Shown: positions 40,584 through 49,130 of the stretch, piece by piece
Layout: each line of letters starts with the position of its first letter
Position numbering within the stretch: the first letter of the stretch is position 1
Source: Eledone cirrhosa
Lineage: Eukaryota
Length of the DNA stretch: 64,000 nt
Reading direction: 5' to 3'
Assembly: GCA_964016885.1 (NCBI GenBank)
Contig: OZ024740.1
Coordinates: 87,110,001-87,174,000 of the forward strand
Position numbers and translations under genes: made by a program
The notes under the pieces: model-generated
What the model was told of the DNA's origin: nothing
The model's database searches: none
What the model saw: the letters and a program-made list of their open reading frames with translations, nothing else

Positions 40584-41197
40584 TATTGTTCTAAATAATC
40601 TTCTCTTTGCTATGGGTCCATTCATTCATATATCCGTATATCGCCCAAAATCCAATCTTTGCTCTCTCTCAATGTTATTCTATAATTCTGTCTGGTTGTT
40701 TCTAAATAATCTTCTTGTATTTTTAACTACTCCACTTTGTTCTAAATAATCTTCTCTTTGCTTTTCTAAAATAACAATCTTGTTTGTTTAATTTTGGCCG
40801 AAAAAATGCTACGATTCATAAAATGACCTCTTATCCTTTACCCCCCGTCCCCACTATAGCGTGTTACGCGCTGGCTAGCTCACCCTTTCAATCACTCCCT
40901 TCTCTCTCCAAATATAAATAAACCTGTAGCGAGGTACGAATCTCAGAATTTGTCAACGCTCAAAAATGGTGAGACCTTGTCCCTGCGAAGTATAATGTAA
41001 ATGCCATTTTTCTTATCTCTCTCTAGCCTATCGGTTCATTCATTCATATTGTTCTAAATAATCTTCTCTTTGCTATCGGTCCATTCATTCATATATCCGT
41101 ATATCGCCCAAAATCCAATCTTTGCTCTCTTTCAATGCTATTCTATAATTCGGTCTGGTTGTTTCTAAATAATCTTCTTGTATTTTTAACTACTCCA
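40584..41197 (+). repeat. ~150-bp direct repeat pair flanking a ~310-bp spacer
   Basis: ttgttctaaataatcttctctttgctat...tttttaactactcca at ~40586-40735 and ~41049-41197, with a third partial copy at 40737-40761. Confidence 0.9.
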
Positions 41198-41199
41198 TA

Positions 41200-41250
41200 C
41201 CCCTCCCTCCCGCCCCCACTCTCCACCTTATTATTTGGACCAATCACAAG
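41200..41250 (+). promoter_or_regulatory. Candidate GC box plus CCAAT box upstream of the RTE ORF
   Basis: cccgcccc (~41208) and ggaccaatcac (~41238) lie about 100-130 bp before the ATG at 41341. Motif match only. Confidence 0.3.
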
Positions 41251-41340
41251 TCAACAGCCTATGCTATTACTTCTGGCTGCTTTTCGATATGATGGATGGA
41301 CTAAGGAATTTCTGGAGAGTCTGAAGAATCTGGACACTCG

Positions 41341-42285
41341 ATGACAATGCCAAAGATAACGACAAATTCACCTCATGCTGCCGGACGAAAGGGCAAGTCC
41401 CCCTCCTATTTGTTTCGGCCGCGGATGGCCAACATAACCCCAACCCCATCCCCCTCACCCATCCCTGCGCCCCATCCTCCAAACACAATCCAAAACTTCA
41501 GAGTTGGTACCATAAATGTAGGCACCTTAAAAGGCCGCTCTAACGAGGTTGTAAAAATGCTTGAACGTAAGGAGGTTGATGTTTGCTGTATCCAAGAGAC
41601 CAGGTGGAGGGGCGGGTCTGCTAGATTCATTGTGGGTAAAAAACGTTGCTATAAGCTCTTCTGGGTGGGAAATGACAATGGGATAGGTGGGGTAGGAATC
41701 ATGTTAGCAGAAAAATGGGTGGATAAGATAATAGATGTAAATAGAGTGAATGACAGAATAATTAAAATAAGACTTGTACTAAATAGAACTACTGTGACAG
41801 TAATATCTGCATACACGCCCCAATCCGGACTGCCCGGTGCTATAAAAGACAGATTCTATGAGACACTGATGCTCACTACCTCCCAAATAACAGACAGTGA
41901 CTATATAATTATTGCTGGCGACCTAAACGGCCACGTTGGACAACATGGTGACAGCTATGACGGCATCCACGGAGGCTATGGGTTTGGTACTAGAAATGAG
42001 GAAGGCTCCAGAATCCTGGAATTCTGTGATGCAAATAACCTAACTATCTGTAACACTAACTTCAAAAAACGAGACAATCACTTGATCACCTATAGATCGG
42101 GGGAACATACCAACCAGGTAGATTATATCCTTACCAGAAGACGTGACAGAGTGTCTGTTGTAAACACTAAATCCCTCCCCCATGAAGAATGCACCTCCCA
42201 ACATAGACTGCTAATTAGCGACCTCATAGTCAGGACGAGACGTACTAGACAACAGAAGAGGACTATCCTCAGGAGAAAAATATGA
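41341..42285 (+). CDS. RTE apurinic-like endonuclease domain (N-terminal part of a frameshifted pol ORF)
   Basis: Motifs VGTINVGTL, CCIQETRW, ISAYTPQ, IAGDLNGHVG, QVDYIL and SQHRLL. Confidence 0.93.
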   Translation: MTMPKITTNSPHAAGRKGKSPSYLFRPRMANITPTPSPSPIPAPHPPNTIQNFRVGTINVGTLKGRSNEVVKMLERKEVDVCCIQETRWRGGSARFIVGKKRCYKLFWVGNDNGIGGVGIMLAEKWVDKIIDVNRVNDRIIKIRLVLNRTTVTVISAYTPQSGLPGAIKDRFYETLMLTTSQITDSDYIIIAGDLNGHVGQHGDSYDGIHGGYGFGTRNEEGSRILEFCDANNLTICNTNFKKRDNHLITYRSGEHTNQVDYILTRRRDRVSVVNTKSLPHEECTSQHRLLISDLIVRTRRTRQQKRTILRRKI

Positions 42286-44531
42286 AGCTAAAGGACCCCA
42301 CAGCCAGAAATAAATTTCAAAGCATGTTACTTGATGCTTTCGACAGTAAGGAAGAGCAATTAGAGTCTGATAATATAGAGGAACAGTGGGAATTCCTGAA
42401 AGCAAACCTGCTGACGGCGGCAGACGAAGTCTGTGGCTGGAGCAGGCCTGTAGGTAGGAGGAGAGTAACATGGTGGTGGAACAGTAAGGTGGAGGAGTCA
42501 ATTAAGGCCAAAAAGCAGGCTTGGAAAGTATGGCGGGATGGGGGAAGTAGAGAAGACTATCAAGTGGCCAGGAGGGAAGCTAGGAGACAAGTGTACTTCG
42601 CAAGAAGGGAAGCAGAGGAAAGAAAGTTCAAGCATGTTCTACAACGTGAGGACCAAAAACGTGAGGTGTTCAGGATTGCTAGGCTATGTGTCAAGGAAAA
42701 CCGTGATATTGTCGGGGAGAAGTGTGTACTTAATGATGATGGCGTTCTTGCCATCACTGACGCTGATAAGAAGGTAGCTTGGAAGTGTCACTACAAAAGG
42801 CTACTAAATGAGGAGAATAAATGGGAGAAAGACAGTCTCCCCCACGTCGACCCAATAGAGGGACCGGCAGTGTTAGTCGAAGGTAGTATAATAAGTAAGG
42901 CAATCAAAGATATGAAGATGGGTAAGGCGGCTGGGCCTTCGGAAATAGTTGCTGAGATGCTGAAAGCCTCTGGAACGGTGGGATACACCATGGTCACCCG
43001 GATAGTAAACCAAGTCATACAGAATGGGGTTATTCCGAAGGTCTGGCGTAGCAGCATCATCATTAACTGTTACAAGGGTAAAGGAGATGCCCTAGATAGG
43101 AGTAACTATAGAGGCATTAAATTAATCGACCAGGTCATGAAGGTCACGGAAAAAGTTATAGCGCAACTAATCAGAGAGAGAATTGACCTAGATGAAATGC
43201 AGTTCGGTTTTGTGTCAGGCAAAAGTACCACAGACGCTCTTTTCATTGTACGACAACTACAGGAGAAGTACCTAGCTAAAAGTAAACCCCTATACTTAGC
43301 TTTTGTTGACTTGGAGAAAGCCTTCGACAGAGTCCCCCGTTCCATTATCTGGTGGGCTCTTAGAAAACTAGGTGTTGACGAATGGCTTGTGAGAGCTATA
43401 CAAGCCATGTATAAAGAAATAGTTAACAGGGTTAGAATTAACAACGAATATAGTGAAGAGTTTAGTGTAAAAGTTGCTGTTCATCAGGGCTCTGTTCTTA
43501 GCCCCCTACTATTTATTATTGCCCTTCAGGCTATAACAGTGGAGTTCAAGACCGGCTGCCCATGGGAACTCCTATACGCAGATGATCTAACGCTCATAGC
43601 TGAATCAATGGCCGAGCTAGAGAAGAAATTCCAAACATGGAAGCACGGCCTAGAATCAAAAGGCCTTAAAATTAACCTGGCTAAGACTAAAGTTCTAGTT
43701 TGTAGGAAAGAAAATAAGGCGACGGTCCCTTCCAGGAAATGGCCATGCTCAGTGTGTAGGAAAGGCGTAGGTAGAAACTCCATTATATGTCCCAAATGCA
43801 AAGTATGGGTGCATAAAAGATGTAGTGGGATCACAGGTAAGCTAACTAAGAACATAGATTTTACATGTGGCCGGTGCTCTGGTGCAATAAGTAGCAGCAA
43901 GTGCCCACAAAATACTAGCTTTTTCAATTGCGCAGAGGGTTCTATAGAAATAGTGGACAGCTTCCGTTACCTGGGTGGCAAAATCAGCAGTGGGGGAGGG
44001 TGCTCTGAAAGTACAGTAGCTAGAGTCAGAACTGGATGGAAAAAGTTCAGAGAGCTTATACCACTATTAGCCACTAAAGTGTTCTCCCTAAAAATGAAAG
44101 GCAGGTTGTATGATGCCTGCATACGAACAGCAATGTTGCATGGCAGTGAGAATTGGGCATTGTGTGCAGAGGATATACGCAGACTAGAGAGGAACGAAGC
44201 TTGCATGCTCCGCTGGATGTGTAATAGTAACATACGTGAACGGCAAAGCATATGCGAACTAAGGAAAAAATTAAAAATAAGAGGGATCAGATGTTGTTTA
44301 CACCAGAGAAGGCTACGTTGGTATGGTCACGTGATGCGCATGAGAGACGACAGCTGTATAACAAAGTGCAGGGCAATAAAGATAGACGGTAGCTACGGAG
44401 TAGGCAGACCCAGAAAAACCTGGGACAAGCTGATAAATTCCGACCTCACACACTTACACCTCTCCAAGACAATGTCACTGGACCGAGACCTTTGGCGGTA
44501 CTCAGTAATAGAGAAGACCCGCCTTACCTAA
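42282..44531 (+). CDS. RTE reverse transcriptase with embedded PHD finger (749 aa)
   Basis: NYRGIKL, QFGF, FVDLEKAFDRV, HQGSVLSPLLF, LYADD, FRYLG and RWYGHV. C4HC3 motif at 43746-43877. Confidence 0.95.
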   Translation: MKLKDPTARNKFQSMLLDAFDSKEEQLESDNIEEQWEFLKANLLTAADEVCGWSRPVGRRRVTWWWNSKVEESIKAKKQAWKVWRDGGSREDYQVARREARRQVYFARREAEERKFKHVLQREDQKREVFRIARLCVKENRDIVGEKCVLNDDGVLAITDADKKVAWKCHYKRLLNEENKWEKDSLPHVDPIEGPAVLVEGSIISKAIKDMKMGKAAGPSEIVAEMLKASGTVGYTMVTRIVNQVIQNGVIPKVWRSSIIINCYKGKGDALDRSNYRGIKLIDQVMKVTEKVIAQLIRERIDLDEMQFGFVSGKSTTDALFIVRQLQEKYLAKSKPLYLAFVDLEKAFDRVPRSIIWWALRKLGVDEWLVRAIQAMYKEIVNRVRINNEYSEEFSVKVAVHQGSVLSPLLFIIALQAITVEFKTGCPWELLYADDLTLIAESMAELEKKFQTWKHGLESKGLKINLAKTKVLVCRKENKATVPSRKWPCSVCRKGVGRNSIICPKCKVWVHKRCSGITGKLTKNIDFTCGRCSGAISSSKCPQNTSFFNCAEGSIEIVDSFRYLGGKISSGGGCSESTVARVRTGWKKFRELIPLLATKVFSLKMKGRLYDACIRTAMLHGSENWALCAEDIRRLERNEACMLRWMCNSNIRERQSICELRKKLKIRGIRCCLHQRRLRWYGHVMRMRDDSCITKCRAIKIDGSYGVGRPRKTWDKLINSDLTHLHLSKTMSLDRDLWRYSVIEKTRLT

Positions 44532-44861
44532 ATACAAAGTAAACCCTACTTCAGTCAGTAGGCATCTCTAACAAAATACACCCCCGTCCCACCACCCCGC
44601 CTCTTTCAATGTAAAGTTATGTTGGTGCCACAACATCCAGGCCGAAACAAATGAGATCGTGTAGGTATCATGACAAAAAAACACACAGTCCATATATATA
44701 TATATAGGGTAAGAACCCTCAAAATGAAAGGCAGACTCAACCCACACCAAACACTCCATAGCCTATTCCCAATTCCTCCGTCTTTGTCGACTCTGTAGCC
44801 AGGACGACGATTTCAAAACCCATTCCCTTCGCATGGCTTCCTCCTTCATCTAGAGAGATAG

Positions 44862-44986
44862 ATAGAGAGGCGGCTAAACCCGCCCGCGACGCCAAGCGGT
44901 TTCGGCTTGTATTCCGCAATCCTTTTCATTACCGAATACAAACCGAAACCGCCTGGCGTCGTGGTCGTAGTTTTACCTTCCTCTAT
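44862..44986 (-). other. GC-rich long hairpin / fold-back
   Basis: 28-bp arms at 44887-44914 and 44934-44961, with two mismatches that are G-U pairs on the minus strand. Imperfect extension outward and inward. Confidence 0.85.
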
Positions 44987-45057
44987 ACTTACTTTGCTCT
45001 TCCCCATGCAAAGAGTACTCCCCTAATTTGTGGTCTCTCTGGTCTCTGCACTGCAGT

Positions 45058-45099
<42 letters not shown>

Positions 45100-45114
45100 G
45101 CACGCACACATATC

Positions 45115-45452
45115 GATGGATGTGCGGAAATGACAAACCATGGATGAACTGAGAGAGAAACTGGGTATAAGAGGAATCAGATGTAGCGTGCAAGAGAGGA
45201 GACTGCAATGGTATGGATATGTGATGCGCATGGATGATAATAGCCGAGTGAAGAAATGCCAAGAAATCCCGGTGGAGGGAAGCCGCGGTAGAGAAAGATC
45301 AAGGAAGACCTGGCGGGAATGTGGTCTGAGTTGATCTCAAATTGCTGGCGTTCATTGAGGAGATGACAAAGGAACGCGACAAGTGGAGAGATGTGCTGAA
45401 AAGGACACAGCCAAACCATGCAAGCAGGGAACAGCGGACGTAAAATGATGAT
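45115..45452 (+). mobile_element. 5'-truncated RTE LINE fragment
   Basis: DELREKLGIRGIRCSVQERRLQWYGYVMRMDD...SRKTW, followed by the tail cggacgtaaaatgatgat. Confidence 0.88.
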
Positions 45453-46067
45453 TTTATTGGCATACATATATATGCGCACACACACATATATATATATGCA
45501 CACAACGCATATATATATATGCATATAAATATGCACGCACACACACATATATATAAGCATATACATAAATATATTTATATATATAAAAGCACATACATAA
45601 ATATATGCCTATATATATATATATATATATATATACACAAAAACACTCACTTACATATATATATAAATACATAATGCATATATATTATATAAATTTATAC
45701 ATGATGGCTGCAACCCGATTTTGAGTAATGCCATCGCTTGATATTTAAGCATCACGGACGTGGCTTTTTAGTCCTGTTAGGCGCTTGTTTATGGCCAGCA
45801 ATACCATGCATCGCAAAAAATGTCACATATCAAGCGATGCCTGTGCTTGAAGCTTTTTTAACCAAGGAAAGGCTTTGCACGGAGGCAATCCCACTTTCTG
45901 AACATACATATATATATATGCAGTTGCACAAAAGGAAGAACTGGTCTACATCACTGGATGTAAACGATGTCGCAGGTTTTATATCAGAGTGACCTTCTCC
46001 TCGAGCGATGTCTTAATGAAGACTAGGGGTCCCCCCCCCCCCAAAAAAAAAGAATACTTTACTGGAT

Positions 46068-46675
46068 GACCGATGACCGTATCCCCCCACCTTGATCCAA
46101 GCTGCTCTCACCCGCGCTCGTGAAACAGACTGCACCACAGCCCTCTCACCTCACTCCTGCCCTCCCAACACCCGTGTTCCTTTCCCTCTCACCTACGACC
46201 CCATGACCCTACTACTCCAACGACATATCCTCCGTTCCTTTCGTATCCTCTCTTCTGACCCCGGCACTTCTCGCTTTTTCCAAACCCACCAATTACTGCT
46301 TTTAAGCGCGCCCGAAACCTCCATGACCTTCTGGTTCACAATTCTTTTTCGTCCTATCCCATGACTCCACCCGGCTCTCATCCTTGTTCCCATTCCCGTT
46401 GCAACACTTGTCTCTTTATTTCCACCGTCACCACTCTTACAGGCCCTAACGAGTCTTTCTGTATCTGCCATTCCTTCACCTGCATATTCACCCACGTTCT
46501 CTATGCCCTCCGTTGTTCAGGAAATTCTTTAGAAATCATCAGGATTCCTGATGATTTCTAAAGAATGAAACAGTTCTAGTCCTGTAGAATCTCATCTATA
46601 TTAAAACTTTTATACTCTGCAATGTATTGAGTACCTTACTTACTGTGGTTACCTCCGATTCAACCCGGAATAACG
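46068..46675 (+). mobile_element. Penelope-like element fragment (RT-GIY-YIG linker, start of GIY-YIG, pLTR remnant)
   Basis: RVPFPLTYDP, frameshifted PITAFKRARNLHDLLVH, the Cys linker PCSHSRCNTC and FTCIFTHVLYALRC are typical of Neptune-type PLEs. Followed by an inverted junction, a hammerhead motif and (TA)n. Confidence 0.85.
46543..46591 (+). ncRNA. Type I hammerhead ribozyme motif
   Basis: gattc-CTGATGA-t(ttc taaa gaa)t-GAAA-cag ttctagtc ctg-TA-gaatc: stem I gattc/gaatc, intact core, stem III cag/ctg, GUA triplet. The first pair of stem II is a U-U mismatch. Confidence 0.72.
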
Positions 46676-46711
<36 letters not shown>

Positions 46712-47654
46712 AACACGCACACACTTAATCTGTACACAAGTTAAATGTTCGCATTACTTACACATACTCATGTGAAGATTACTATCATAGTTATTGCTTC
46801 TAACAATGTTACAAATATGGATTTGTCATTTATTACGATACCTTAAAATGTTTAAGAACATAAACACGCATATATACATTAGTAAGGATAATTTCTTAGT
46901 GAGCAACTGTAAGTATGTGTGAGAGAGGTAGTGAGAGATAGAAGAGTAGGGTAGAAAAGGAAATATATATAGAGAGAAGAGTAGGGGAGAGAGAAAGAAA
47001 ATGAATATAAGATGTAAGACGATTCTTTTTCTTGTACACATCAATGCGATATACAATATTTACTGAAGAAAACAGACGGAAAAAAAAAAACATTTCTTCT
47101 TGTATATAAATCTTTATATGGATTTCTTTGACAAGCAATAGAAGGGCTATAATCATTTAGAAAGTAGTGAGAAGAAATACAGATGCTGAAACTTTCTGAC
47201 CTGGAAGTAAAATGTCAAGCTTTTTGAATGCAAAGTTTGTAATAAAGGATATAGTTGTGCCAAGAAATGTCATATCAGACAGATATTTGAGGAAGCCTAA
47301 TGAACTTGGTTCAAAGTTTCATTTTACTCAAACTTTGTATCATATGCTAGCAGCATACTTGTTGTGGAGTAAAGTTAGAGTTAGCAACCAGAACTGATTT
47401 GGCTCGCCTGCTCTCAATTCACAGAAATTTGAATAATCTTCAACACACCAAACTGTTGAAAGATTTAACAAGTTTCAAAGTTTTTCTGTTTCTCAAATGA
47501 ATAGATTATTTCACTATTCAATAAGCAGTAATGATTATATATCTACACAGCAAGCTACCTACTTGTTTGCATTATTGTAACCACCACGTGGATGGGCAGT
47601 AAAGGTAAAGTATTGAACATGCTTTGCAGCAAATAGTTACGTCCTATTACCTTC

Positions 47655-47955
47655 ATCATCATCATTTCATTTTACGTCCGCTTTTTCCCTGCTTGCAAGG
47701 GTGGGATGGGAACTGATTCTGGCTTGTTTTCTACAGCTGGATGCCCTTCCTAACACCAACCCCATTTACAGTGAGTGTTGGGTGCTTTTTGCAGTGGAAT
47801 GATATGAACCCCAGTCCCTATCATCTCATTTCTACAGCTGAGTAAACTGGAGCCATGTGAAATAAAGTGTCTTGCTCAAGGAAACAACACATGACCCGGT
47901 CTGAGAATTGAACTCACAACCTTTCAATTGCAAGGCCACTAAGCCATGTGCCTCC
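47655..47955 (-). mobile_element. SINE family A with two small internal deletions
   Basis: Same head, core and tail as 9714-10047. Confidence 0.88.
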
Positions 47956-48278
47956 ATCTGAATTCAAATCCTGTTTGCCATTCATCTTTATGGAGTCAAA
48001 TCAGAAAACATTATTGTCGCCACCACCATCATCACCATTTACACTTACTTTCTGTTTCGAGTTACTTCCCTCTTAAGGTGGGGTCAGAAGTCCTCCTCCC
48101 CTTCTCACATTCCAACTGTTGACATGGTTTCTATGGTTGGATGTCCACCTTAATACAAACTATTTAATAGCATACTGTGTCCATTTTATTGTATCACATC
48201 CCACCAACACTGAAGAGGTTGTCATCTTCACAATAATTCTAAAGAGCCTACTTTATCAGCATTATCACTTGTGTAAAG

Positions 48279-48459
48279 GGCGGTGAATTGACAGTATTGG
48301 TAGAGGGTCAGACATGCTTTCCAGCGTAGTTACGTCCCTTTACGATCTGAGTTCAAGTCCCGCCGAGGTTAACTTTGCCTTTCATCCTTATGGGGTCGAT
48401 AAAATAAAGTACCAGTAATACACTGGTTAATTGCTGGCCTTGTGCCAAAAGTAGAAACA
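48279..48459 (+). mobile_element. SINE family B with 18-bp TSD
   Basis: attatcacttgtgtaaag at 48261-48278 and 48460-48477. Confidence 0.92.
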
Positions 48460-49130
48460 ATTATCACTTGTGTAAAGTGATTGATAATGCATGATTTCTA
48501 CAGCTGGATGTTCTTCCTAACACCAACCACTTTACAGTCTGGAGTGGGTGCATTTTATTACAACATCAAAACTACCACTTACTAAGTGTGCTGGCTGCAT
48601 TTTATCATGGTATCACAATTGGGTCAAATCATCATGGCACCAGCACTCAATTTACAGACTGTACTGGGTGCATTTTAATGTAACATCAGCACTAGCAATT
48701 TACAGAGAATGCCTTAGTGCATATTACTGCCACTCTCGCACCAATACTAGAGAGGTCATTGTAATAACAGCAAGGCAGAGGGGGCAGTAATGGAAGAGGG
48801 TGGGGAGGGTATGACAAAAGAGCCTCTGTGGAGGAAACAACTGCAGCTTCATATTTGTTACTGAAAGAATGTAGGGAGATGGGGATTCAGATATGTTTCT
48901 TTATTAGACACAGGGGCACAAAAGAAGGGGACAAATACAAAGGGGGAAGTTTACATACAATAAAACGTGTAAAATACTATCACAAATACAATTTAAAAGT
49001 TAATCGATTTTCCCCAATAGGGGGAGACATTACATATGGGTAACACATACCCCCGAAAAAATGTGCAACCCTCATCTCCAGGAGTACGAAGAGTTTTTAC
49101 CCCTTTCCTCTCCTCCTCTTTTTCCTCAAC

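Larger units (their letters stand above)
41250..44692 (+). mobile_element. Near full-length RTE-clade LINE (family 1)
   Basis: Single pol region with APE endonuclease, RT and RTE C-terminal RWYGHV/GRPRKTW motifs. No separate ORF1. 3' UTR cut by (TA)n at 44692. 5' boundary approximate. Confidence 0.95.

Noticed and set aside
45960-46035. RTE 5' UTR-like segment with a possible HDV-like ribozyme (minus strand ...gaggagaaggtcactctgatataaaacc)
   Set aside because: It resembles RTE leaders from memory, but I could not build the nested double pseudoknot.
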